Positions 49,574-62,084 of a stretch of DNA of 64,000 bases are shown here, piece by piece. The stretch covers positions 323,061-387,060 of the forward strand of contig MU058423.1 in NCBI GenBank assembly GCA_013265495.1, written 5' to 3'. The translations under genes were made by a program, and so were the position numbers. The DNA comes from Vicugna vicugna (lineage: Eukaryota). The notes under the pieces are model-generated. The model had not been told where the DNA came from. It ran no database searches and saw nothing but the letters and a program-made list of their open reading frames with translations. The first letter of the stretch is position 1. Every line of letters begins with the position of its first letter.

Positions 49574-51055
49574 CTAGCTGCTGGTAGGCAGAAGTAGCTC
49601 AACGTCCTTGCCGTTGGCTACAACAGCATTAGAAGAGCAGTTGCTGGCAAGGTCTTCTGTGGTGGTCAAAGAGGAGGGCTGGGAATGAGTTTTGGTCAGT
49701 GGAGTGGTAGCAGATGGAGAAGGAGTGAGGCCGGGTTTTTTGGGTGGGATAGGTGGAGGGTTTCCTCTCTCAGCTCTGGGGATAGTAGGGGACTTGATCC
49801 CCGGAGACAGGGGGCTCAGAGGACTGGACACTTTCCCTGGAGTAGGTGAATGGCTGGTGTCACCTCTTGGGTTGGCAGTGTTGGCCAGATTTCGATAGTC
49901 TGTGCCAAAGGGGGAGCTGTTGGGAGAGACGGGCTTGATTGGCCCTTGTTGGTTAGTGAATCTGGAGAGCACCTGAGTGACTGTGTTTCGGGCTAGCTGC
50001 TTGGCGGCCGAGTTGTCCATGAGGGTGGGGGACAGATCCCTGGACGGAGGGCTCTGGAGACCACTGGCTTGCTGGTCCTGATCTGCTTGGGACTGAAATT
50101 TGTGCCGAGCGGCATGGAAACGCTGGTTGATCCCTACTTGGTAGGATGACTGGTAGCCAGGGCTGCTAGCTGAGGACCCCAATAAGCGCTTAGTTAGTAC
50201 TGGAGAGGAGCAAGGAGAGGACGTGAGTGAGGAAGAGGCTGTGCTGCTGGGAGACGGTGAGCTCCCACTGGAAGGCAGGTGACCGGGCGTGGGGCCTGGA
50301 ACCTCTGTTCCCACAGGACACCCGCCGTTCTCTACTGCCTTCTCTTGGGCCAATCCCACTGACTTCTCTCGTGGAGGCACTTGGTTTTCCCCACTGCTGC
50401 CTGTCATCAATTCCTTGGTGGTCTGCAGCTCTGGGTCAAAATGGCCATTGGTTTTTGCATAAGAGTAAGTAGGAGTGGTGGGACCAGGCAGCCCAGTGGT
50501 GGCCACCTTGGCGATGCTGCTCCCGTGGGTTCTTTCTGCCTGAAAATTCTCAGTTTGGCAAAATACAGACACCAGCACGGGAGGCTCAGTCGCTGTGCCT
50601 TTAGACACGGTCACCGGTTTCTTCAGTTGCTCACGGGGGCTACTTTGCTGGTGAGAAGCCTCCAGGTCCTTCACTATCCTCTTCAAACTCTCCGTCTCTT
50701 CCTTCAGGCTCCTGGTCCGCTTCTCCTCTCGGGTCAGTTTTGCTCTCAGCTGTTCTCTTTCAATGTCGAACTCGGACAACTGCTTCTCCACCTGGGCCTC
50801 GGTCTGCAAGCCTCGCTTCCTCTCGGCAGCCAGCTCTTCCTCCAGTCTGCTCGCCCGGCTCCTCTCCTTCTCCAGCCGCAGGCTCAGCTCGCCCGCCTTC
50901 TGGCCCTCCTCGGCCGCCTTGCTGGTGGCCTTCTTGCACTCGCGCACCAGCATGGACGACAGCTGCTTGTGGCGGGAGCGCTCCTCCTCCAGCTGGCTGG
51001 AGAGCTTCTTCTGCTCTTTCTCAAACTTCTTCACCTGGGACTTTTCAAATTCCAA
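49574..51055 (-). CDS. CTTNBP2NL: CTTNBP2NL last coding exon (coiled coil, Ser/Pro-rich region, PPPIPPKKP motif, ends LLLPTSS*)
   Basis: 493-codon ORF; acceptor tttctag|TTG (first codon is Leu, not Met); recognisable CTTNBP2NL sequence. Pro-rich SH3-ligand-type motif at 49733-49759. Confidence 0.97.
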   Translation of the reverse strand: MEFEKSQVKKFEKEQKKLSSQLEEERSRHKQLSSMLVRECKKATSKAAEEGQKAGELSLRLEKERSRASRLEEELAAERKRGLQTEAQVEKQLSEFDIEREQLRAKLTREEKRTRSLKEETESLKRIVKDLEASHQQSSPREQLKKPVTVSKGTATEPPVLVSVFCQTENFQAERTHGSSIAKVATTGLPGPTTPTYSYAKTNGHFDPELQTTKELMTGSSGENQVPPREKSVGLAQEKAVENGGCPVGTEVPGPTPGHLPSSGSSPSPSSTASSSLTSSPCSSPVLTKRLLGSSASSPGYQSSYQVGINQRFHAARHKFQSQADQDQQASGLQSPPSRDLSPTLMDNSAAKQLARNTVTQVLSRFTNQQGPIKPVSPNSSPFGTDYRNLANTANPRGDTSHSPTPGKVSSPLSPLSPGIKSPTIPRAERGNPPPIPPKKPGLTPSPSATTPLTKTHSQPSSLTTTEDLASNCSSNAVVANGKDVELLLPTSS

Positions 51056-51580
51056 CTAGAAAACAATGCCAGCACATATCTTGATCAGAGTAAGAAAACA
51101 AAGAGATGTACCGAAAAGCTGTTTCCAAGTAGTGTCCCGGCACACAGGATCACCACGTATGCCCTGTGCTCACATCAAATAGCTGTTAAGTATTAGAACA
51201 CCTGACATAAAAAGGTGCACGCTATGATCGAACCTTTCTTTGATCATTCAGGAGGCAGTTCTGGTCCTTATATCGTCTCAGGGTTATTTGTGAGAATCTG
51301 AATTATCATTGTGTTACAGGTCTGTGGCAAGTTCAGAGGATTAGGACAGATCAAAACAAAGCAGAAAGTCATATAAACCAGATTTTGTGAGACTGCTGCT
51401 GAAAATGAAATCTTTAAAGGGTCATTAATAATTCTTTCTGGTCTTAAAAACAAACAAACATAAGTAGTTGCATTTGGAATCATTCTTCTTATACAAATGC
51501 TGTCTATTTTAATCATTATCCCAACCCTATTTAAGGCAGACAGTGAGAGAGAGAGGAAGAATTGAAGGAACCCTTTTACT

Positions 51581-52020
51581 CAGTGTTTTTCAAACTCTAA
51601 GGCCCATTAATGGATGGTGAAACCAATTTAGTGAGCTGTGATCAGAACTTAAAAAAATGAAATAGAAGAGGAAACATTAGGGTGCATTGTAAGTACTAAG
51701 GGTTATGTATGATTTCCTGAGATTTTTGTCTCAGGCATGTGTATATGTGTGTGTATGTACCAGGTTGTGATGTAAAATGTATTTATTACTGGGAGTCCTC
51801 AGTCAAAAAAGTTTGGGAGCTTGAAGTTAGTGTTCCCTAAAGTATGTTCTATGAAATAGTCCCATAGTGAATGATCTATGTCAAATAAAGATTTAATGAA
51901 AACACTGATTTGCTAAACTCAGAATATCCTATCTTGTTCTTAAAGACTCATGGCATGCTTCTGCACACTAAAGGGTCTAACAAATTGAAGTTAGAAACCT
52001 GTTTAACTTTGTCTAATCTA
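51581..52020. mobile_element. hAT-Charlie/MER fragments
   Basis: cagtgtttttcaaact...tcaaaaaagtttggga termini, followed by a second tagtgttccctaaagt... fragment. Confidence 0.5.
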
Positions 52021-52116
52021 GTAATTATTTAGCAACACCAATATACACTCTGCAGAATAATCTTTGAGAAATGCTGCTCTAGGTAAATGCTGCTTGAACC
52101 CCCCCACCTTAATTAC

Positions 52117-52224
52117 CTGTTGAGTCAGCCGCTCCCTCTCCTTCTCTAGCATGTAAGTGACATCATCTCCTTCAGCTGTGTCCTGTGCATGCCTCTGTCT
52201 TTCCTCCTCCAGGTCTAGGATCAC
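52117..52224 (-). CDS. CTTNBP2NL: CTTNBP2NL internal exon (VILDLEEERQRHAQDTAEGDDVTYMLEKERERLTQQ)
   Basis: CortBP2-domain motif GDDVTYMLEKERERL; taaag|GTG acceptor, CAG|gtaatt donor; 108 nt, phase 0/0. Confidence 0.97.
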
Positions 52225-55200
52225 CTTTAAGGAATTAAAAAAAAAATTTCCAAATATCAAGGAGTCACACTAGAATACAATTAAACACGAAGTGCCTGTC
52301 TAAGCACCCGAGATCATTCCACAGATAAATAAGCAAATCCTAGTCAGGGCCGTCAAGGAGCACATTGTTTAGCAGGGTGAAACACATGCAAGCTTTATGC
52401 TAGGAAACAATTCGATGCATACTTTTCTTGAGGTATACACAGAGTGGCTTGTAAACAGAAGACAGCGACTAACAAGCTGCAGGGGCTGAGGTTTCAGAGA
52501 ATTAACAGAAGTTTGGTGGGACGGGTGTAGGTGATGAAGCAAGGCAGGACCAGGGGACACTGAAAACTGAGGTTCTCCCCTGATGCTCAAATCACTGGAG
52601 GTACCAGGGAGTGAAGCCGAAATTAAACATTTCAAATAGGTGACATCCTAACTGTGCCTTGCTTGATTAACATATGCGTTTGGTATACACTTAGATGGGA
52701 GGTGAAAAGACCCTCTGGACATCTTCCTGCAAATGAAAAGACTCAGTTATGGAGATCGTAATGCAGAGTTTTTTACAAGGCCTCTTAGTCAACCTGCCCA
52801 CCCCACTCTACTTATCCTGGTGCCAAGAAACTAAGGCCAATTTTAAGAATATAAATTTAAAGAGACATTTTCCCACATAATCCTGCCTGCAACTGCATAA
52901 TATTCCGAAGGGCTATGGAGTTTTCCATAGCTTCTGCACATGCTCCAGAGGTGCCCTGGCCCAGACCCCAGGCCACAGCAGTGGTCCCAATGGTCATTTC
53001 TCATTGTTTCTCCTCATTAATGATTGTTATGAATGGAGAGAGGAAACTTTCTGGAACATGAAACTCCTCTTTCAATACAAAAAAGAAAAACATTTTGGTG
53101 TACTTTCTTCTGGTTAATAAAAAGATTAATTTTTTTCTATTTAATAGAAAGAAAAGCTTTTGGCTAAAGGTGGCAGAATCTCCTCTTCCTTTGAGAGCCC
53201 TTCAAAATTATTTAAATGGAATGAAAAAAAAAAAACCCCAAAACCCACAAAGTCAAAAAGAGAGACTTCGGCAGACAAATTTTAGTAATATTTTGGAAGA
53301 CAGAAAGAGGCTGGAGGAATGATAACTGCTTCAGTAACGAGGGGGAGGAAGCTGCTCTGCCCTGCAGGGCTCCAAAGAGCTAGGGAACCTGCAGGTGGCA
53401 GGCACTGCAGAGGCGAGGTGACATGTAGGACAGAAAACAAGGGGACTGGATTCAAGTCTGTATTTTCAGAAGAGGTCTTTGCCCCCTCAACTTGATTCCT
53501 ATGCACAGAATGCCCAGCCAGGCATTTACTGCCCAGGAATATGCCAGATGTTTGTCCCCGGAAGAAACAGAATGGGCAGCCGCCAGATCTGGGAATAACA
53601 GATATGACAGAAAATGACAATGAGGAAAAGGGATTGTGTTTGTTTTGGAAAGATGGGAGGTGTGGAGAGGAAAGGGAGGTGGGGAGGAAGATAACGAAAC
53701 TCACATCTATAATAAAAGGAAGTAATATAAGTGTTTAAAATTGATAAAGTGAGAGAGCAGTATGTTAGTTAGAAATATGGAAGTTAGCTACCAAAATAAA
53801 CAGTTAAAAGAAGAAAGTGGTTGTCTCCTAATATTGAGGAGGAGAGGGAATGGGAGGAGGTGGATTAGGGAACCCTACTTTCATAATAAGCAGAGCCTCC
53901 AAACCACTAACACTTCTGAGAGCCAAAGGGGGTTGTCAGGAAGTATGCCACGGCAGTCGGCATACACTGGAATCCTCTCAGGCAAACTGGGACTGCACAC
54001 ACCCTAAGTATAAATCCCTAGGTACTGTCTGATTTCTCACAAAGTCAGTGCTCTACTTTGATATAACACCTAAGAATAGATAGGCAGTTGGCTTAATATA
54101 TTTAACACTCACAATCTTACATGGAAATATAGTATTAAGGAATTCTGAGTTTCTTAACTCTTCCTGTCCCCAATCACCTAGGGCCACTAATCATCCCAAC
54201 ACTAAACCTTCAATGGGCATGACAGCCAGCCCCGCCCTTCAGCACAGCTCAATTACTTCATGTAGGACGGAGAATACAGGCCTGCCTGTCAAACAAGGAT
54301 GTTGTGAAGATCTTCCCAGAATATTATGTAAAAGCCCCCCAGTTAAGGCAACTAACTTAAACCCACTGACACCTTTTAAATTGGGGCATAAACGTGTTCA
54401 GATTAGTTCAGTCTAGTCTGGAGGAGTCTTGGAGAACTGTGAGAATTCGAGTAAAGATATGGGAAAAAATTCATTTTCTACAAAATACATGAACTTTTGG
54501 CATTCTGTATATTTTCTGGGGGATCATGGAACATCTGAGACCCATCCATGGTTAAGAACTTCCCCTCTGGCCTTTCGTTTGGACTCTGTGAAGGGAAAGA
54601 AAAATCAGGGGCATGACCCAAGCCTAAGCACTTCATCAGATGCATTTTAAGCAGTTGCTTTTCTAAAGCAGGTAACCACAGAAGTACACTAAGGTCCATC
54701 AAACTGCAGCTGCTAACCCAATTTTTCAGAATAGAATGGTTCCTACTAAATGCACTGATGTCCCTCCTTGTTGACATAAATCTGAACCAATAGTTTCAAA
54801 AAATGCAGATTCTAGCCAAGCATCACCTTCAGGCAAATCTGAGCCATGCATGACAAGTCGGGGAATGAAATCACAAGCACCAGAAGAATTCCATTGAGAT
54901 GAGGCAGAGGAAAGCACAGGTTTGCCTAATCTTAAGACCTGGAACCAGACATGTGTACATGTACGTGAACACACACACATACACACACACACTCCTTCCT
55001 AATGGTTTCATGAGAAGTTAAACACAATGAATCTCAAAACCGAAATAAATGGAAACAATCTACTGGCTTGTATGTTTATAGCCAGGTAAATTCCCTTCCT
55101 CCCTCTCTCTCTGATACAGCATTCCCCAAATACCTGTTAATCTTCTATTTATCACTTAAGTAAGCAAATAGAGAACACTCTGTTCAGCTACAAGGCTTAG

Positions 55201-55506
55201 TCAAACCCAGTCTGTTGCCAAAGTTTGGATGATCAAGAGTTGAAAAAACACACCAAGTGTTTTGGAGGGTCATATCAGAAGGAATGCCATCTTAAATAAT
55301 GTGTCTGGCACATGCCCTACACTGAACATCTGGAATAACCTGTGTTTCCCATCTCCGGGCTCCTAGGTAAGCTAAGGGGCTTTCTCACACCTGTGAGACC
55401 TCCCAGTTGAATGACTGTGAGAACTGGATGCAGACAAGAAAGTACCAGGCATTACTTATACAATCTTCGCAGGAGGTGATGCAGGCGAGTCAACGGGTGA
55501 ACCCAC

Positions 55507-55734
55507 CTTCCGGTGACGGCTCTCAGCGGCGGCCAGCTGGGACAGCATGCGCTCCTGCATGTTCTTGCACTGCTTCATCACCACCTTCAGAATCGAGAGT
55601 GGGTTTGTGCAGACCGGCTGCTTCTCACCATCGTTCTCCTTCAGTGTTTCAAAGTCTCTCTGGAGCGCCATTAAAGGGTCACTGATGTTGTATTTTCCAT
55701 AGCGTTCTTCAATGAAAGTGTCTCTGTGTTGCGC
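55507..55734 (-). CDS. CTTNBP2NL: CTTNBP2NL internal exon (AQHRDTFIEERYGKYNISDPLMALQRD...QLAAAESRHRK)
   Basis: CortBP2 N-terminal domain motif (YG..N.SDP..ALQRD); tcccag|GCG acceptor, AAG|gtgggt donor; 228 nt, phase 0/0. The start-codon exon is outside the window. Confidence 0.97.
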
Positions 55735-55924
55735 CTGGGAAAGAAGGAAAAATAAACATTTTCCTTTAAATACTGCTGAGGAGGAGATTTGCTCACAGTT
55801 AGACATTAAAGGTGGTGGTGGCAGGATGAAGTAGCCCGCTAACTACAAATCAGATCGGGCCATCAAAATACCCAAACATCAGAAAGGGGGTCTAGCATAT
55901 TAAGGAGAACACATACTTCTATAG

Positions 55925-56150
55925 GGTTAATCATGTGTTAGGCATTGTTCCAAGTGTTCAGATTCATATTGCCTTATTTAAGATTTACAACTCTATAAGG
56001 CAGTACTATCATCTCCATTTTGCAGATGAGAAAACTATTACAGAGAGGTCAAATAACTTGTTCCCAGTTACTCATCTAGCAAGCTGTCAGGACTGGAATT
56101 TAAACCCAGTAAGCGTGGTCCCTAAGCACCACGCTTACTGCCTTAGCTTA
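55925..56150 (-). mobile_element. MIR SINE
   Basis: catctccattttgcagatgagaaaact...cagagaggtcaaataacttgttcccagttac...ggaatttaaacccag. Confidence 0.85.
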
Positions 56151-58532
56151 TGAATGCTTGTACCACTAACAGGTATATCGCACCTTCTCTTTCTGTGTCA
56201 TGGTATTTGCATTTCTAAAATAGGGTAAGCTTAATACTTTTGTGAGTTTATATACTTAGAGACCTAACAGGGTGGCTGTAGATTAAGTAAAGGACACTAA
56301 TAATATTTTTTACATTATAATTGAGGACTATTTGCCATTTGTCCCTACAGAACTTCACTCAGTTGTTGGTGGGTCTAAGAAGGCGCAGACACTCGCCACT
56401 AGAGGTGCAGACGAAATCCCCTCTACCTGCTGCCAAATTCCACCCCCTCTTCTAGTTTCTGCTCAGCTGGTATCCTCTATCCTCCTTTCTGTCCCTTGGT
56501 GAGCTTTGGGGATGAGAGAGCACCTGAGCAAGGAATGTGGGCTGGCGCTTGGAGGCTGGCCTCAGGCTTTGGGCTTGGGAGCCAAGTCAGGTCGCGGGGT
56601 CAGGAGGGGAGTGGAAGGAGGTTCTTAGGCTTCCTTCTTACCTCTGCTAGGAGGGGTCTGAAGCACTACTTCATGTGAGCATCATATATTCCATGCAGGT
56701 GAACAGAGTGACATTAACAATTACTTTACTACACAGACATTAAAAAGTTTCCTGAGACATTTCACAATTTATAAAAATGAAGTGTTAATACAGAGTTGAC
56801 GAAAATTTCTCAAAAACCATAGCAAAGTACTATATAACTTAAGCTTTTAAATGAAACCTAGTTATGAAAACTACTGTTATTTCTCAATTTTAAAAAAATT
56901 ATTTCATCAGGATCCATGTGGTTTTTTTTACCACCACCCATAAATAGTAACCCATTTGAAGAGAAAAATACATAATTCAACAGCCATGCTTAAAAAACAA
57001 CAGAAACCCTCAAGAGAATAAAGCAAACATAGCGTTTCTTTAATACAGAAGTATGATTCAGTGCTGAAAATCTGATGCCTCCTTCTTCAGAGACTGTCCA
57101 ACTCAAAGACCCAGGAATTACTTAGCTTTGTGCTACACATTTGTGTTGGTACCAGTTGGCAAATGTTCAAAGCACAGTTAGAAACCCTGGGTTTTTCTTC
57201 TGGCTTCACTGCAACCGTCTTAAGTGATAACATTATTGGGAGTATTCGTCATGGATAGTATCTGAATATTGGAAATCTGAAGAGTGAAATCCATTTGTTC
57301 CTTTAAGTTACTGATAACCATCCTCCCTAACCTCATTACAAGTGCGCCATGTGTGTGCACATGTGAGCATGTGAATTAAAGGGGGGAGGAATGTGAAAGA
57401 CAATCCTATTTTTTTCAGCTCCAAATGAAAAAGGAAATTTTCAGTAAAAATTCAAAATAATCTCATTCATTTAGGATGGAGAAAGATAAGACCAATTCCA
57501 AAACTGGCTATTTTTATAATTATTTTTAAAAATCATAGCAAGAGTAAACAAAAGAGCTAGTTTTTAGTTACATCTTTAAAGCAATGTCAAACAACACAGG
57601 ACTCATCAATGTTTTCACCCAAGAACATCTATTTCTCTAAATTCAGGTATGAAGACATGAGATCCAATCAAAGTATCTATTTTTAGCTATTCATGTTCTT
57701 AGGCAAATCCATGTGTAGAAAAACACTTAGACAAAGGAAGCAAGAGGAAAATAAAACTCTTTAAGAAGTTGAAATTTCACTTTTCTGCCACATCTTTTAT
57801 TCATGATTACATTTTCTGTATTATTAGCTAGGAAAAGGAGTGATTAGTGGTACTGAAATTGGTTTAGCAGGGCAAAAAGGAAAAAGTAAACCTGAGTATT
57901 TTTATGAACTTTTCCTTTTCAGAACACCGTGGATAAAGTGGGGTAGGAGAGCAGAGCTGGGAATATACCTCATGATCTTGACATCAGATCTGCTGAGAAG
58001 CTGTCTCTTAAGTTTGAATATGTAGTTAACTAATCCTTAAAAATATGACTTTATAAAGCCCACACTGTTATTATCCTGTATAATTAATAAGCATCACAGA
58101 GTTACAAGTAATAGATGAGGAGCTTCTTTGGTGAGGTCGCAGACTACACCGAGAATAGTTGTTAAGCTGTCTGTTTTCTCTTGAAGTAATTCCATAATCA
58201 CTTGCACAGTAATTACAAGTTATACAAAACTGGTGGCTTCACACATAAATGAAAAGAATCTGTGGAATAATCTAAAAAAGGCTCCTTGTCACAAAACAAT
58301 TCTTTTAAGTACATTCTAATACAGGACCCAAACATGGGAAAAGTGAATTCTGTATTTATTCTATCAAACACTGGATTGGAAGATGGGAGACAGAATATAG
58401 CATTTTCCAACCAACCTAAGGCTTCAGTCAGGTGAATTGTATGGATTACAGGTTTAACAGCACAAATAATGACAACAATAACCAAAAAAAGAGGTTAAGA
58501 TTTGACAAATGAAAGAGCTTTAGTGGAGGTGT

Positions 58533-58951
58533 GTGTTGGTTATCTATTCCTGCGAAACAAATTACCCCCAAATTTAAATGTTTAGTAAACATTTTTTATC
58601 TCAGTTTCTGAGGGTCAGGAATCTGGGAGGGGCTGAGGTGAGGGCTGCAGTCATCTGAAGGCACAATTAGAACTGGAGGATCCATTTCCAAGATTGGCTG
58701 TTGGGTTAGGCCTGGTTCCTGGCATATGCTGGCTTCCCACAGAGTAAGTGACTTGAGAGAGAGACAGACTCAGACACGCCAAGATGGAAGTCCCAGTGTC
58801 TTTTATAACCTAACCTTAGAAGTGACTTTCCATCATTTCTGATGTATTCTATCAATCATAGAGACCAACCCCCGTAAATGTGGGAGGGGACTACATAAAG
58901 GTGTGAATATCAGGAGGGGATCATTGGGGACCATCTTGGAGTCTGGACACC
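58533..58951. mobile_element. MLT1-type MaLR LTR
   Basis: tgtgttggttatctattcctgc...aaattacccccaaattta...cagtttctgagggtcaggaatctgg...ggatcattggggaccatcttgga. Confidence 0.8.
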
Positions 58952-59731
58952 AAGGTGAATGACCAGACATGCTACCACTACCATTTACATCTCAGGTCAC
59001 AATTTAGAGGCTAATCATCTATACTAAAAACTGTCAAGGTTGAGTTTTAATATTTTAATGCTATTTCAGCTACTTTATAAGAACTTTAAAATAACTTGGA
59101 TTTGACTTTTTAGAGAAGGAGTTCAGTGATACAGCTAAAATCAGTCAATTTCTTGCAATTTCATTATTTTCACTTCAATGACAACATATATTTTAAGTGA
59201 ACAGAAATTCCTACATTGTCAGAAAACATAGTGATCTTTATTTCAGACAACAGTAAAATAATTGGCTGGTTAGCCAGATTCAATGACAGACTATTACTAC
59301 AGCAGACAAAACATACTAGTCATCTATTAGTCACTTATTTTTACTGTTACAAGCTGAATGAAACACACTACTACAGAAAGCTTAAAATAAAACCATATAA
59401 TATCCTGGAGTCTGCCACACTTGCACTCCAAAAACTTCAGCTTTGCTACGAGAAACTACAAAAAGAAGTATGAAGCAGTTATCTTCTCTCTATAATAATA
59501 ATTTATTTATTGTAAATAATAATACATATATAAAATACATATTATATCATATACATAAATAATAGTTCAATAACAATGTGTAAATAATAGCATAAATTAT
59601 ATTTATATATATATTCCAATCTTAAAATAGGAAATCAATCTCTTTATTCTTTGGATGATAATCAGCAACATGAAAAGTGGTTTCAAATATAAAGGTGAAG
59701 AATAATGGCCTATTTAATTCAGGGTTTATAT

Positions 59732-59868
59732 TTTTTTTTTACTTTTTTATTTTTTTGTGGGGGGAATTAGGTTTATTTATTTATTTTTGGAGGAGGTACT
59801 GGGGATCGGACCCAGGACCTTAAGCATGCTAAGTATGCACTCTACCACTTGAGCTATACCCTCCCCGA
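59732..59868 (-). mobile_element. tRNA-Ala-derived SINE (camelid Vic-1-like) with 11-bp TSD (1 mismatch)
   Basis: Antisense ggggagggtatagctcaagtggtagagtgcatacttagcatgc...cctgggt; TSD agggtttatat (59721-59731) / agggcttatat (59869-59879). Confidence 0.88.
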
Positions 59869-60539
59869 AGGGCTTATATGTAAGTACCAGGTTTTATTTT
59901 TAAGACTCAAGCAGATACCATAACTAGATTATGATATGTACCTTTGTCATTTATTCTCAGTTCTGAAGTGATACTTAAAAGTAATATGCAATATAAACAT
60001 CATACTTTTAAAAATATCTGAATATCTTTAGGCCAGGGATCAGAAAAACAAAAGAACATGATTCCAAAATGGTTTTTATTAATGCTACCAAAAGCATGTT
60101 AAAAAGGAATGCTTTTCACACACAAGTTGAATCTATTAATCTTCAAATCATTTACACTCTGGAGTCCCTCATAAACTATAAATAGCTGCCTGAGCAACTG
60201 GAAATAAAACAACCATTCTGGATAAAGATGGTAACAACATCACAAGTATGCCTTTTGTTCTGGAAGTTCCTTTTCACTTGCTAAAAAGATGACTGGATTT
60301 TACTGTTTGACAATATTGATAAAAGAGGATTTAGCCTCATTTGAATTAAACTTTAATTTTTGGAAAATGGCACAAAATTTATCATGGGAGCAAAGAGGGA
60401 AATTTTCCATGACTTAAAAAATATTTCTAATATATTATTGGAAACCCAGTGCTTCTTCCACTTAACCATAAATGCTGAATTCTCAAGTCTGGCCTTTTCT
60501 CTATGTTTATTTTCTTTTATACTTTTGGGCTCTAGAGTC

Positions 60540-60910
60540 TAACAGAACTGGGATCGTGTCCTGTCACTACTATTTTCTCTGTGTTACCTTCAGCAACAAG
60601 CTTATTAACTTCTCTGTGCCTCAGATTCCTCATCTGTAGGATGAGGGTAACAATCTACCTATAGGTTTGTTACACAAAATAAATGAAAAACATATTCTCA
60701 GTAATAACACTTATAATCCCTGTTAGACACATTGTGAGCACTAAAATTATTTTAGTCAGGAAGTTCTCTGCAATGAAAATTTTGTGAGAATTTTTTTCCA
60801 CCTTTATTGAGATATAATTGACAAATAAAAATTGTGTATGTTTGAAAAAATTAAATGAGTAATATAAAATGCTTCCTAATGTACCTGGCACAAAGGAACT
60901 ACTATAAATG
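60540..60910 (+). mobile_element. MIR SINE, interrupted
   Basis: ttaacttctctgtgcctcagattcctcatctgtaggatgagggtaacaat, resuming at ~60850 (taaaatgctt...gtacctggcaca). Confidence 0.7.
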
Positions 60911-62084
60911 TGAATTAATTTTTTTAATAATCAAGTTTAGAATATAGATTTTCCTTTGTTTTAGACCCAATAACTTAAACCCAACCCCACAGATTTAAGA
61001 TTCTCTAAGTTGGATCAGGCTAGGAAGCAAAATGAAATTCACTGATCCCAGATAACTCCAAAGTAACACATCACTAAAAATATATCAGGAACCTGGAAAA
61101 ACAATAACATTCTACTCATTTAGCAATCAACCCTGAATTGCTACGTGACATTTTATGTAATGTGGTCAATTAGTACTTGTCTCTTGCATTATTATTAAAC
61201 ACTTCCCACTTTTTTGTCTTTTCTTTCATCCTGCCTACATGGCAAGTGACTTGAAGGAAAAAGATTTATCACACATCTTTCTTCTTCCTATATCCTGTAT
61301 TTTGTCTTAAGCCCAAGACACATAACAGATGTTTACTTTCCAGTCTCTTTCCTGATATCTTAGAGTATTTTACTCTCATCATTTTAGTGAGGTCAATATT
61401 TTATTTTGCTGTTAGTAAAATCTATGATTTACTTAGTATAATCACTTAAGGTAATACCAATTTATATACTTAGCAAACTGACTTTGAAGTAGAATGAGCT
61501 TCAAAGGTTCCCTGTGGAGTCAGTTCACAACCATAGATATTTATAAAAGTAATTATTTACATAAGTTCAGAGGATCATATTTATTATTTGACTACAGTGC
61601 ACTAAATTCTTTTGAAGACTAAAAATGGTAAGTTTAGTACAAACAGCTGCAAGTGTGGTACTTCTTGCTAGTAGGTTGCTCGTTGACAGAATAAGAATAT
61701 GGGTAAATGGCATAATGTAGCTGCTTCAACATTCAAATTCCAGAGAGTCCTGTGAAAACTCCTAGTGAAACTGAATTGTGTTGAGGTTTTTTTGTCTTTG
61801 TTCTGTTTTATTATTTAAGTCTATGCATGTGGTTGAAACCAGTTACATATACATTCTGGACTGGCTCTACATAAATAACTTTTTCAGGTGGGGAAGAAAA
61901 TGTGTAAAGGGATTTTACAAGGCCTAAACAAACTAATGCTCTGAATGTAAGGATTTGAAAGTATAATTTTTAATGATGCATTAGATCTGAATCTCTTTTA
62001 CTCAGGGGACCATACATCCTTTAAAATTGAATGAGAGTCAACACCTACCTCCTACCATGCAGGAAAAAACAGGGATGGATCACA

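Noticed and set aside
50381..51196. 271-aa plus-strand ORF antisense to CTTNBP2NL
   Set aside because: Shadow frame of a GC3-rich coiled-coil exon; Leu-rich low-information product with no independent gene signals.
53388..56410. Additional CTCF-like words (CCTGCAGGTGGCAG at 53388; CCACTAGAGGTGCAG at ~56396)
   Set aside because: Weaker matches with no CpG-island context; matches of this quality are expected by chance in 64 kb.
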